Source: an uncultured Acidobacteriaceae bacterium
GTDB taxonomy: Bacteria > Acidobacteriota > Terriglobia > Terriglobales > Acidobacteriaceae
Direction of reading: 5' to 3'
DNA length: 64,000 nucleotides
NCBI GenBank assembly: GCA_963709305.1
Contig: CAVPWO010000003.1
Span: forward strand, 49,760-113,759
Below, in pieces: positions 17,641 to 26,873 of this stretch. The notes beneath the pieces are model-generated. The model was not told the origin of the DNA. It did no database searches and saw nothing but the letters and a program-made list of their open reading frames with translations. The position numbers were made by a program, and so were the translations under genes. Position 1 is the stretch's first letter. Each line of letters begins with the position of its first letter.

Positions 17641-19029
17641 CTAGGATTCTTTCTTTGGGCGCGGCGAAGCACTCTCGCTGGCCCGTGAACGCTGGCGTTT
17701 TATCTCGTCCATCCGCTCCCGGATGCGCTTCTCAACGCCTTCATTTCCGGGGCGATAGTAGACGCGATCCCGCAGATTGTCAGGCAGGCATTGCATGTCG
17801 GCGACCTTGGCTTCGAGATCGTGCGCGTATTGATATCCCTGGCCGTAGCCCAGTCCTTTCATCAGCGCGGTGGGAGCGTTGCGCAGGTGAAGCGGAACGG
17901 AGTCGGCCGCAGTCTGTTCCACATCCTGCTGCACCTCGCCGTAAGCGGTATACAGTGCATTCGACTTGGGCGCGACTGAAAGATAAACGACGGCCTGAGC
18001 CAGCGCCAGATTGCCTTCCGGCATGCCAATGAAATCGACAGCATCGCGCGCCGCCATGCACAGAGACAGGGCGTTGGGATCGGCCAGCCCAATATCTTCC
18101 ACCGCCATGCGCACCACACGACGCGCAACGTAAAGCGGATCTTCTCCAGCTTCGAGCATGCGCCCCAGCCAGTACAGCGCCGCATCCGGATCGCTGTTGC
18201 GAACTGACTTATGCAGTGCGGAAATCAGGTTGTAATGTTCTTCGCCGGACTTGTCGTAGAGCAAAACTCGCTTCTGAAGCGCATCGCGCACGATTTCGTC
18301 GGTAATCTCCGGCACGCCCCCGGCATTTTTCTGTGCCAGCCCTGCCGCGACTTCTAAAACGTTATAGGCGCTGCGCGCATCCCCGCTGGTGTAGCTGGCA
18401 ATTTTCTTAAGCGCGTCGTCGGAAGCTGTCAGATTCTTTTCGCCAAGACCGCGCTCGCGATCCGTGAGCGCCCGCCGGAGCAGCAGCACGATCTGCTCTT
18501 CGGTCAGCGGCTTCAAAACATAAACGCGACAACGGGAGAGCAAAGCAGAATTGATTTCAAACGACGGATTCTCAGTCGTAGCGCCGATCAGCCGGATATT
18601 CCCTTTCTCCACGTGCGGAAGAAACGCATCCTGCTGCGCTTTGTTGAAGCGATGAATCTCGTCGATAAAAACGATCGTGCGAGTCCCGTACTGCCGCGCC
18701 CGCTCCGCGTCAGCCATCACCTGCTTGATCTCTTTGATCCCGGCCAGCACTGCCGAGAACTCGATGAACTCCGCCTTGGTCATGCTCGCGATGATCTTGG
18801 CGAGCGTAGTCTTTCCCGTCCCCGGAGGCCCCCAAAAAATAAGCGAGCCGGTGTCGTCGCGGTCGACCTGCGTGCGCAGAGGCTTGCCCGGTCCAATCAA
18901 GTGCTCCTGCCCGACGTACTCGTCGAGCGTGCGCGGACGCATGCGATCGGCAAGCGGCCGCGGCGTATCGGCCGCGCCGCTGGCATTCGGGATGGGCTGG
19001 AAAAGACTCATGAGCGTTAGAGACGCCAC
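17641..19029 (-). CDS. rarA: replication-associated recombination protein A (AAA+ ATPase)
   Basis: 462-aa ORF with Walker A (GPPGTGKTT) and Walker B ([12 protein letters not shown]) motifs and a MgsA C-terminal domain. Confidence 0.9.
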   Translation of the reverse strand: MASLTLMSLFQPIPNASGAADTPRPLADRMRPRTLDEYVGQEHLIGPGKPLRTQVDRDDTGSLIFWGPPGTGKTTLAKIIASMTKAEFIEFSAVLAGIKEIKQVMADAERARQYGTRTIVFIDEIHRFNKAQQDAFLPHVEKGNIRLIGATTENPSFEINSALLSRCRVYVLKPLTEEQIVLLLRRALTDRERGLGEKNLTASDDALKKIASYTSGDARSAYNVLEVAAGLAQKNAGGVPEITDEIVRDALQKRVLLYDKSGEEHYNLISALHKSVRNSDPDAALYWLGRMLEAGEDPLYVARRVVRMAVEDIGLADPNALSLCMAARDAVDFIGMPEGNLALAQAVVYLSVAPKSNALYTAYGEVQQDVEQTAADSVPLHLRNAPTALMKGLGYGQGYQYAHDLEAKVADMQCLPDNLRDRVYYRPGNEGVEKRIRERMDEIKRQRSRASESASPRPKKES

Positions 19030-19197
19030 GGGCGTTAGTTTCAGCTTAACTCATTCGATGATGGAGGGCGCCCGAACGGCGCGTCGCCGGCGGAGGATTC
19101 AAGCGCTCTGCTGGCTTCTTTTGAAGGGGTCATCCCCAACCGCGCCGCAGTTCAGCCGCGAGAGGGATCTCGCAGCCGGCGCTTCCCGGACGCGTTC

Positions 19198-19255
19198 ACC
19201 GCACGCGAGATCCTTCCCTCCGCCCGAAAAGCGGATCCGGTCAGGATGACTCCCA
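19198..19255 (+). repeat. dispersed REP-like element, copy A
   Basis: About 84% identical over ~51 nt to 52504-52560, including an exact 15-mer cgcgagatccttccc and a ggatgac tail. Confidence 0.75.
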
Positions 19256-19283
19256 TCTGGAAGGTGAATGAATCTGCAGGCCT

Positions 19284-20120
19284 CTACAGTGCGACTTCTT
19301 TTGTCGCATCCACAAACTGCAGCTCCGGCGCCCCAGGCAAAGCCCCAATCTCCGCTGCGTAACGATAAAACAGCCGCAACCCCTCCAGGCACCCGGCGTC
19401 GAGATGGTAGTGAATATTCTGTGTTAGGTAGCTCCGTACAGCGGCCTCAGTTAAGTCCAGCCGCCGCGCCCATTGCCGGGCGATCTGGTTCAGGCTCGGG
19501 GCCTCCAGGCCGTGATCGCGCGAGTTCTGAAAAACCGCCGGCAAGTCCAAAGTCGGAGAAGCCTCCCGTAAAGCATCTCTGAGTACCGCCCAAAAAGCGA
19601 AGACAAACGGCTTGCCGGTGTGCCGAATCCATTCCTCCGCGAGATCAAGCGTATGGTAGCGGCTGCAATCAATCTTCAGTGCAGGGTCTCCGATGAGCAA
19701 GCCGGCATCGTACGAAGCCAGCATGCTGCCGATATCAGGCGCCATCGGCGCGAACGTCCGTCCGCCGCCGAGCCACTTCTCAAACAGGACTTTCGTCAGC
19801 GCCACCGACGTCATGGATGAAGTATCCAACGCGACGCTGCGAACCTGCTCCAGCGGAACTTTGCTGACCAGCAGAATCGAGCGTACAGCCCGTCGCGACG
19901 CAATCGCGACATCCGGCAATATCTGCAATCCAGGAATCTCGGCATAGGCCGCTGCCGGAATAATGCCGATGTCGGCGGTACCGCCCGCCAGCGAGCGGGC
20001 GCAATCGGAGGGCAGAGTATAGGAAATATCGAATTCCCGCCCGGCCTTCTCGTGCTCGAAATCCCACATCAGAGGGGCAGTATTAAGGTAGGAAATGGCG
20101 GAAATGCGTAAACGTCTCAT
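19284..20120 (-). CDS. mqnA: chorismate dehydratase (futalosine-pathway menaquinone biosynthesis)
   Basis: 278-aa ORF with the N-terminal LRISAISYLNTAPL signature of MqnA (VitK2_biosynth family). Confidence 0.8.
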   Translation of the reverse strand: MRRLRISAISYLNTAPLMWDFEHEKAGREFDISYTLPSDCARSLAGGTADIGIIPAAAYAEIPGLQILPDVAIASRRAVRSILLVSKVPLEQVRSVALDTSSMTSVALTKVLFEKWLGGGRTFAPMAPDIGSMLASYDAGLLIGDPALKIDCSRYHTLDLAEEWIRHTGKPFVFAFWAVLRDALREASPTLDLPAVFQNSRDHGLEAPSLNQIARQWARRLDLTEAAVRSYLTQNIHYHLDAGCLEGLRLFYRYAAEIGALPGAPELQFVDATKEVAL

Positions 20121-20187
20121 CTTTCCACAATTTTAACAAACCATTTGTGACGGATGACCTTGACACGCCCATCGGCCGCTCACTACA

Positions 20188-21366
20188 GTGCGCTCGGAGT
20201 CCCATTTGCCCAACATTGCAGTATCCCCGGTCACGACCCATCTTCTGGAGTGGCTGGCCATTTCGCTGACCCCCGGCCTCGGGCCCACAAAAGCGCGCAA
20301 GCTGATCGAACACTTCGGTTCGGCTGAAGGCGTCCTCCACGCTTCGTTGACCGAACTCGAAGGCACCGGCATTCAGGCGGTTTCCGCCCAATCGTTGGCC
20401 ACCGGGAAATCCGCGGAACTGGCTCGGGAAGAAATTGCGCGTGCCGCTGCCGCCGACGTAATCATGATCTCGATGGACGATCCGTCCTACCCGGCGCGGC
20501 TGAAAGAGATCTACGATCCGCCACTGATTCTTCGCGTCCGCGGGAATGCCGAAGTGCTCACCAAGCCCGGCATCGCCATGGTGGGCACGCGCCATCCCAC
20601 GCCCTATGGTTCCGGCATGGCCGAGCGGTTGGCCTGCGATCTGGCCGCGCAAGGGCTGGTCATCATTAGTGGTATGGCGCGCGGCGTCGACACCGCCAGC
20701 CATCGCGGAGCAATTTCCGCCAAAGGCAAGACCATCGCGGTATTCGGCACTGGCGTGGATGTGATCTATCCGAAAGAGAATTCAAGATTATCGGAACAAA
20801 TTCTGGCTCTCGATGGCGCACTGATCTCCGAGTTTCCTCTGGGAACTTTCGCCGCGCCGCAAAATTTTCCCATCCGGAACCGAATCATCAGCGGAATGTC
20901 GGTCGGCGTACTCGTGGTCGAAGCCGCGGAATACTCCGGAACGCGCATCACCGCGCGCTGCGCCCTGGAACAAAATCGCGACGTCTTCGCTGTCCCCGGC
21001 AACGTCACCAACAAGAATTCCTGGGGACCGAACACGCTCATCAAACAGGGCGCCAAGCTGGTGGCAACCTGGGAAGATGTGTGGGAAGATCTTCCGCCAG
21101 AAGTACGACTTGCACTGACTCCGCCCGCCTCGCCTGAATCCCCAGGCTCCTCGTCGGCATCTCTATTTCCAGACGAAGGGCTCCCTCCTCACGAAAAGCG
21201 AATCCTGAGCTTGCTGAAAGCGGACGAGTCCACTCACATCGACGAGATTGTCGAGCGCCTGGAAAACCAATTGTCGTCCTCCGAAATCTTTGCCGCCCTG
21301 TTCGAACTGGAACTAGCCGGCAAGATCAGGCAGATGCCGGGGAAGAATTTTGTGAAAAGCTTTTAG
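20188..21366 (+). CDS. dprA: DNA-processing protein A (Smf)
   Basis: 392-aa ORF with a SAM-like N-terminus, a Rossmann-fold core (GTRHPTPYG...ISGMARGVD) and a C-terminal winged-helix DML1 domain. Confidence 0.9.
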   Translation: MRSESHLPNIAVSPVTTHLLEWLAISLTPGLGPTKARKLIEHFGSAEGVLHASLTELEGTGIQAVSAQSLATGKSAELAREEIARAAAADVIMISMDDPSYPARLKEIYDPPLILRVRGNAEVLTKPGIAMVGTRHPTPYGSGMAERLACDLAAQGLVIISGMARGVDTASHRGAISAKGKTIAVFGTGVDVIYPKENSRLSEQILALDGALISEFPLGTFAAPQNFPIRNRIISGMSVGVLVVEAAEYSGTRITARCALEQNRDVFAVPGNVTNKNSWGPNTLIKQGAKLVATWEDVWEDLPPEVRLALTPPASPESPGSSSASLFPDEGLPPHEKRILSLLKADESTHIDEIVERLENQLSSSEIFAALFELELAGKIRQMPGKNFVKSF

Positions 21367-21370
21367 AAAA

Positions 21371-21409
21371 GCTATCAGCTGTCAGCTATCAGCCGTCAGC
21401 TTTCAGCTT
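21371..21409. repeat. heptanucleotide word array (gctatca gctgtca gctatca gccgtca gctttca gctt)
   Basis: Starts 5 nt after the dprA stop. 21377-21400 is a 23/24 inverted match to 21777-21800. Confidence 0.9.
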
Positions 21410-21430
21410 GGTCACAGTGAAGGAGGCTCC

Positions 21431-21788
21431 TTGCAGGAATTTCGAAATCTTAAGGTCTGGGAAAAGGCGCACGCTCTCACTCTTGACGTCTATAAAGCAA
21501 GCAGATCCTTCCCCCGGGAAGAGATGTACGGCTTGACCAGTCAGATGCGGAGAGCGTCGGTTTCGATCGGCGCCAACATCGCAGAGGGAGCTTGCAGAAG
21601 GGGTGACGTAGACTTTGCTCGCTTCTTGCAAATGGCTGCAGGTTCGGCGAGTGAAGTGGAGTATCACTTGCTCCTCGCACGCGACTTAAATCTGCTGGAA
21701 GCCTCAGAGTGAGCGACTTTCGGCCGAGGCGGTGGAGGTCAAACGAATGCTGGCATCGCTGATGCAAAAGCTGAGAGCTGACAGCTGA
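21431..21788 (+). pseudogene. four-helix-bundle protein (23S rRNA intervening-sequence protein family), +1 frame break near codon 91
   Basis: MQEFRNLKVWEKAHALTLDVYK...GSASEVEYHLLLARDLNLLEA then stops at 21710-21712. The expected C-terminus (SERLSAEAVEVKRMLASLMQKLRADS*) continues in the +1 frame to 21788. Confidence 0.8.
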
Positions 21789-21800
21789 TAGCTGACAGCT
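21769..21800. repeat. heptanucleotide word array (agctgag agctgac agctgat agctgac agct)
   Basis: Inverted relative to 21371-21409. It overlaps the last codons of the four-helix-bundle ORF. Confidence 0.9.
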
Positions 21801-21875
21801 TTCCCCCAGTAACTTGTTGCTTTCCACCCATTCGTGCTAGCTTCGAAAACGGACGCAACTGAAATTGAGGACACA

Positions 21876-24371
21876 TTGTCAAAGGGTTTAGTCATTGTCG
21901 AGTCGCCGGGTAAGGCGAAAACCATCCAGAAATATCTGGGGAAGGGCTTCACGGTCGAGGCTTCGCTCGGCCACGTAAAGGATCTGCCCAAGAGCACGCT
22001 GGGTGTCGACATCAAGAACGATTTCGAAACGGACTACGTGGTCATCCCCGGCAAAGAAAAAGTGGTGGCCCGGCTGAAAAAGCTGGCAGCCTCGGCGGAC
22101 GCCATCTATTTGGCGCCTGATCCGGACCGCGAAGGCGAGGCCATCGCCTTTCATCTGGCTTTCGAACTCGACGGCAACGGCAAAGGGAAGAAAGCCAAGA
22201 AGGCCAAAGTAAAGAAGGGCGAGCCGGAACTTCCTCCCCGCATCCAGCGCGTTACCTTCAACGAGATCACCAAGCGCGCGGTTCAGGCAGCTTTCGAACA
22301 TCCCCGGGCAATCGATCAGAACCTGGTGGACGCGCAGCAAGCACGCCGTGTGCTCGACCGCCTCGTGGGATATCAGGTCTCTCCGCTGCTCTGGGACAAA
22401 GTTCGTCGCGGACTTTCGGCCGGCCGCGTGCAGACCGTCGCCCTGCGTCTGATTGTCGAACGCGAACGCGAAATCAAAGCATTCGAGAAAAAAGAATACT
22501 GGACGATCGATGCACACCTCGCGGCCAGCAAGCCGCCCGCTTTCGACGCGCGCTTCGTGGGCAAGGGCGAGGAAAAGGTTGAGGTCACAAACGGCGAAGA
22601 CGCGGAAAAGATTCGCGCCGCCCTCGAAGAGTCCGACTGGATGGTGCGCTCGGTCGACAAGAAAGAGCGCCGCCGCAACGCCGCGCCTCCCTTCACTACC
22701 AGCAAGTTGCAACAGGATTCATCGCGCAAGCTGCGTTTCAGCGTGAAGCGCACCATGATGATCGCCCAGCGTTTGTACGAGGGCGTGGAGTTAGGGGAAG
22801 AAGGTTCGATCGGTCTCATTACGTACATGCGTACCGACTCGGTCCGCGTTGCCCCCGAAGCCATTCAGGAAGTTCGTGAATATGTCGGCAGGGAATACGG
22901 TGCGCCTTATTTGCCGGAGACCCCCAATGCTTATAAAGAAAAGAAAGATGCGCAGGGCGCTCACGAGGCGATTCGTCCAACTTCGGCCGTGCGCCATCCT
23001 GACCAGGTCAAGCAGTACTTAAAAGAGGATGAGTTCAAGGTCTACAAGCTGATCTGGCAGCGCTTCGTCGCTTCGCAGATCAATCCCGCAGTCTTTGATC
23101 AGACCACTGTCGATATCGACGCCAAAAATGGCAACGACGTTTACTGGTTCCGCGTCACCGGATCGGTGCTCAAGTTCGACGGCTTCCTGCGTGTGTACGA
23201 AGAATCGAAAGAAGGTAAAGACGAAGAAGACGAGGAATTGAAGCACAAACTGCCCGCGCTCGACGCTGGACAGAGACTTACGCTGAAAGAACTGAAGCCC
23301 GAACAGCACTTCACCGAACCGCCGCCGCGCTACAACGAGGCCTCGCTGGTGAAAGAACTCGAAGAACGCGGCATCGGCCGCCCATCGACCTACGCGGCGA
23401 TTCTCTCGACCATTCAGGAGCGGCAGTACGTGCAGAAGGTCGGCGGAAAATTTTCTCCCACCGAAATCGGCCTCGTCGTCACCGATCTGCTGGTCGAAAA
23501 CTTCCGCGATATTTTTGACGTGCAATACACGGCGCATCTGGAAGAGGAACTGGATCAGATCGAAGAGGGCAAAGAAACCTGGACCGACACCCTCGGCGAT
23601 TTCTACAAGAAATTCCAGAAAGATTTGAAGTATGCCGAAAAGCACATGGAAAACATCAAGCGGATGGAGAAGCCCACGGACGAGAAGTGCGAGAAGTGTG
23701 GCGCGCCGCTGGTGATCAAATGGGGCAAGCACGGTTCGTTCTACGCCTGCAGCACCTACGATAAGGAAGATCCGAACACCTGCACCTTCACCAAAGAAAA
23801 TCCTATCAACCTGCCCGACCTCGATTCCGCCGACGTGCAGGAGACCACGCAGGAAGAGTACTGCGAAAATTGTGGCCGCGTGATGGTGCTGAAGCGCGGG
23901 CGCTTTGGGCAGTTCATGGCCTGCACGGGATATCCCGACTGCAAGACCACGCGCCGTTTGGACCAGGGCAAGAAGGTCCCCGACATTCCGCTGGACGAGT
24001 TGTGCCCCAAGTGTGGGCGCAACATGATGATCCGCCACGGGCGTTTTGGTGAGTTCACCACCTGCAGCGGATATCCCGAGTGCAAGTATGTGAAGCAGAA
24101 TTTCATCGGGGTGAAGTGCCCTCAGTGTAGAGACGGTGAACTGGTCGAAAAGCGCGCCCGCAAGGGCAACACTTTTTACGGTTGCGGAAATTATCCCAAC
24201 TGCAAGTTCACCTCCGCCCACAAGCCGATCCCGGAGAAATGTCCGAGTTGCGGCCACGAATATCTGGTCGAGAAATTTCTGAAGGCCGGCCCGGTGATCG
24301 CGTGTCCGAATAAGGAATGCGACTACGAGCGGCCGAACCCCGCAGCGGAAGCGGCTGCGGGCACGGCGTAA
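21876..24371 (+). CDS. topA: DNA topoisomerase I
   Basis: Has a Toprim N-terminus (LVIVESPGKAKTIQKYLG), an active-site Tyr region and five C-terminal C4 zinc ribbons. A TTG at 21876 lies 5 nt after GAGG. An alternative in-frame GTG is at 21834. Confidence 0.95.
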   Translation: MSKGLVIVESPGKAKTIQKYLGKGFTVEASLGHVKDLPKSTLGVDIKNDFETDYVVIPGKEKVVARLKKLAASADAIYLAPDPDREGEAIAFHLAFELDGNGKGKKAKKAKVKKGEPELPPRIQRVTFNEITKRAVQAAFEHPRAIDQNLVDAQQARRVLDRLVGYQVSPLLWDKVRRGLSAGRVQTVALRLIVEREREIKAFEKKEYWTIDAHLAASKPPAFDARFVGKGEEKVEVTNGEDAEKIRAALEESDWMVRSVDKKERRRNAAPPFTTSKLQQDSSRKLRFSVKRTMMIAQRLYEGVELGEEGSIGLITYMRTDSVRVAPEAIQEVREYVGREYGAPYLPETPNAYKEKKDAQGAHEAIRPTSAVRHPDQVKQYLKEDEFKVYKLIWQRFVASQINPAVFDQTTVDIDAKNGNDVYWFRVTGSVLKFDGFLRVYEESKEGKDEEDEELKHKLPALDAGQRLTLKELKPEQHFTEPPPRYNEASLVKELEERGIGRPSTYAAILSTIQERQYVQKVGGKFSPTEIGLVVTDLLVENFRDIFDVQYTAHLEEELDQIEEGKETWTDTLGDFYKKFQKDLKYAEKHMENIKRMEKPTDEKCEKCGAPLVIKWGKHGSFYACSTYDKEDPNTCTFTKENPINLPDLDSADVQETTQEEYCENCGRVMVLKRGRFGQFMACTGYPDCKTTRRLDQGKKVPDIPLDELCPKCGRNMMIRHGRFGEFTTCSGYPECKYVKQNFIGVKCPQCRDGELVEKRARKGNTFYGCGNYPNCKFTSAHKPIPEKCPSCGHEYLVEKFLKAGPVIACPNKECDYERPNPAAEAAAGTA

Positions 24372-24480
24372 AATTCCATTGGGCAATTTGGTAAGGTTGT
24401 AATTGAGTAATTTCTGAGGCCAATCCCAATTGCCAGGTTTCAATTACCCAAGTTCTAAATTACCCAATTACCAAATCCAG
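24372..24480. repeat. low-complexity imperfect palindromic spacer (caattg / aattaccca words)
   Basis: Starts directly after the topA stop. atttggtaa (~24386) pairs with ttaccaaat (~24469), and ttaccca occurs repeatedly. Confidence 0.6.
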
Positions 24481-24494
24481 TCCCAAGGTGCTCG

Positions 24495-24953
24495 ATGGCC
24501 AAGAAGCCGACTCACGCCGATGCCCAATTGATCCTTCAACTTTACGATCTTCGCCGCGAAGCTGAGATGCGCAAGGCGCGCGTCTGGTGGGTGACATTCG
24601 ATCCTCGCAATGCCGACGACTTCCTCAAAGTCGCGTGGGCCCTTGGTACGCAAGAGAACTCATGGCTGCGGCAGGTCAGCGGCTACTGGAACATCGTGTG
24701 CTCGTTTGTGGTCACCGGCGTGTTGAACGAGGAACTGTTTCTGGCGCCCGGCTTCAGTGGCGAGTTGTTTTTAATTTATTCGAAAATCCATCCCATCGTG
24801 AAAGATCTGCGCGAAAAACTCAACGATCCCGACTTCTTTCTCAACATCGAAAAGGCCGTCACCCGTACCAAGTGGGGCCGGAACCGGCTACAGTTCATGA
24901 TCAAGCGCGTCGAAAACATGCGCCAGCGCTATGCGGAACAGAAGTTGAAATGA
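24495..24953 (+). CDS. conserved hypothetical protein
   Basis: 152-aa ORF with good coding appearance and no motif I can name. Confidence 0.6.
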   Translation: MAKKPTHADAQLILQLYDLRREAEMRKARVWWVTFDPRNADDFLKVAWALGTQENSWLRQVSGYWNIVCSFVVTGVLNEELFLAPGFSGELFLIYSKIHPIVKDLREKLNDPDFFLNIEKAVTRTKWGRNRLQFMIKRVENMRQRYAEQKLK

Positions 24954-25004
24954 CTCCGGGGAAATGTCGGGCAGTCTCATCTGTTATCCTAAACTGCTGT
25001 GCGG

Positions 25005-25175
25005 ATGATCTGGTGGTTTCTGATACTGGGCGGGAGCACACTGGTGGTTGTGTGTGTCGCGATCGCCCTGTATGTGCACTTGAGGCATCACCTGCAAAAG
25101 GCGCACGCCTCGCATGACGGAAACCCGGCGAAAGTTGAACATCAGCGCCAGACGGACAGCATCGAACACCGATAG
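25005..25175 (+). CDS. possible 56-aa single-TM peptide
   Basis: MIWWFLILGGSTLVVVCVAIALYVHLRHH... It is below the ORF-track length cutoff and ends 6 nt before the bioY ORF. Confidence 0.3.
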   Translation: MIWWFLILGGSTLVVVCVAIALYVHLRHHLQKAHASHDGNPAKVEHQRQTDSIEHR

Positions 25176-25181
25176 GTTTGC

Positions 25182-25796
25182 ATGGACGGAAATGCAATGA
25201 TGGAAAAATCTGCGATTCAAACTCTGGCCACTCCGCAGGAGCGCGCCCTTGACGCCTCCCGCCAGGTCGCGCTCGTGGTGGGTGCGAGTCTTGTGGTGGC
25301 CCTCTGTGCGCGCATCACCATTCCCTTGATGCCCCTCACGCCCGTCCCGCTCACGGTGCAGAACCTGGGCGTGCTGCTGGTCGGGTTGTTGCTGGGCAGC
25401 CGTCGCGGCTTCGCCGCGTTGGCGCTTTATTTGGTCGAAGGCGCCGTGGGACTGCCCGTGTTCAGTACGAGCGCCATGGATCTCCACGGAATCGCGCAGT
25501 TGCTCGGGCCTACCGGCGGATTTCTAATGGTTTATCCCTTCGTCGCCTTCCTCGCGGGCTATATTTTTGAGCGCGGAGCCAAGACCTTCGTGCGCGCGGC
25601 AATCGCCGGATTCCTCGCTGAGATTTTGCTATTCGCCGGAGGCTTGACCTGGCTCTATGTCTTCACGCATTCCCTGGCGAAGGCAGCCTATCTCGGCCTC
25701 TACTGGTTCCTGGCCGCCGAAGTCATCAAAGTCATGTTGGCCGCCGGGATCGCCTCACGCTGGCCGGGCCGTACAAGAAGCGCACTCAAGCAGTAG
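25182..25796 (+). CDS. bioY: biotin transporter BioY (ECF S-component)
   Basis: 204-aa ORF with 6 TM segments and the PVPLTVQNLGVLLVGLLLG...GLPVFS pattern typical of BioY. No bioMN genes are adjacent. Confidence 0.85.
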   Translation: MDGNAMMEKSAIQTLATPQERALDASRQVALVVGASLVVALCARITIPLMPLTPVPLTVQNLGVLLVGLLLGSRRGFAALALYLVEGAVGLPVFSTSAMDLHGIAQLLGPTGGFLMVYPFVAFLAGYIFERGAKTFVRAAIAGFLAEILLFAGGLTWLYVFTHSLAKAAYLGLYWFLAAEVIKVMLAAGIASRWPGRTRSALKQ

Positions 25797-25813
25797 ATTT
25801 CCTGGAGTTTCCC

Positions 25814-26695
25814 ATGACCGTAGTATCCGAAAACCCAAAAGCGCCAGGCAGCAGTGTCGCCGGTCAGGCGCGCGAGATTACCGTGGCCCACAGCCCGGAC
25901 TCCGACGATGCCTTCATGTTTTACGGCCTGGCCACAAACAAAGTTCGCGCCGCGGCCCTGCGCTTCACACATACCCTCTGCGACATTGAGACCCTGAATC
26001 AGAAAGCGCGCGAAGGCGTCTACGACGTCAGTGCGATTTCGTTTCATGCCTATCCCTACGTTCAGGATAAATATGCCCTGATGTCTTGCGGAGGCAGCGT
26101 AGGCGAGGGCTACGGGCCCATGATCGTCTCCCCGCGCGCCTTTACCCCGAGCGAAATCAAGACCAAGCGCATTGCCGTGCCCGGCACTCTCACCACCGCG
26201 TACCTCGCGTTGCAGTTGTTTGCTCCCGGGGTCGAAACCGAAGTCGTTCGCTTCGACCAGATCATCCCCCAAGTGCTGGAAGGAAAATACGAAGCCGGTC
26301 TGATCATCCACGAAGGCCAGCTCACTTACGACAAGGCGGGCCTGCACCGCATTGTCGATCTCGGCCGCTGGTGGCAGAAGGTGACCGGCTTACCTTTGCC
26401 ATTGGGAGGCAACGCGATCCGCCGCGCCCTTGGTCCCGAATTGACCTCGGCAGTTTCGGCAGCCTTGCGCGAGAGCATCCAATACGCCCTCGACCACCGC
26501 GAAGAAGCGCTCTCGTATGCGATGCAGTTCGCCCGTGATCTCGACTCGCAGTCCGCCGACAAATTCGTCGGGATGTACGTGAACGAGCGCACCCTCGACT
26601 ACGGCCCCGACGGCCGCGAAGCCGTCCGCCGCCTCCTCGACATGGGCCACAAGGCCGGCATCATCGGTCCAGAAGCCAGAGTGGACTGGGTGTAG
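25814..26695 (+). CDS. MqnA/MqnD-family (VitK2_biosynth, periplasmic-binding-protein-like fold) protein
   Basis: 293-aa ORF with the HSPDSDDAFMFYGL N-terminal motif. It is a second member of the family that includes mqnA at 19284-20120. Confidence 0.75.
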   Translation: MTVVSENPKAPGSSVAGQAREITVAHSPDSDDAFMFYGLATNKVRAAALRFTHTLCDIETLNQKAREGVYDVSAISFHAYPYVQDKYALMSCGGSVGEGYGPMIVSPRAFTPSEIKTKRIAVPGTLTTAYLALQLFAPGVETEVVRFDQIIPQVLEGKYEAGLIIHEGQLTYDKAGLHRIVDLGRWWQKVTGLPLPLGGNAIRRALGPELTSAVSAALRESIQYALDHREEALSYAMQFARDLDSQSADKFVGMYVNERTLDYGPDGREAVRRLLDMGHKAGIIGPEARVDWV

Positions 26696-26862
26696 CTACG
26701 AGCTTCGAGCTACGAGCTTCGAGCCACGAGCTATGAGCCCCGAGCTTTGAGCTACGAGTGGGATCGGCCGTACACTACCGGGCATTTGCTGGTAGATTCC
26801 AAAGCTAAATCTCCGCGCTGCCGGCTTGCTCATAGCTCGTGGCTCGAAGCTTGCGGCTCAAA
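26696..26862. repeat. nine-unit heptad array plus inverted five-unit array (22-bp perfect inverted repeat)
   Basis: ctacgag cttcgag ctacgag cttcgag ccacgag ctatgag ccccgag ctttgag ctacgag (26696-26758). 26717-26738 is the exact reverse complement of 26828-26849. Confidence 0.9.
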
Positions 26863-26873
26863 CGTTTCATCGA

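Noticed and set aside
23019-24443. 474-aa ORF antisense to topA. Similar long antisense ORFs occur at 21888-22712, 5891-6754 and 27805-29001.
   Set aside because: These are typical high-GC antisense open frames. Their composition is Arg/Gly/Ala/Val-rich and low-complexity, and they lie fully inside well-supported genes on the other strand.
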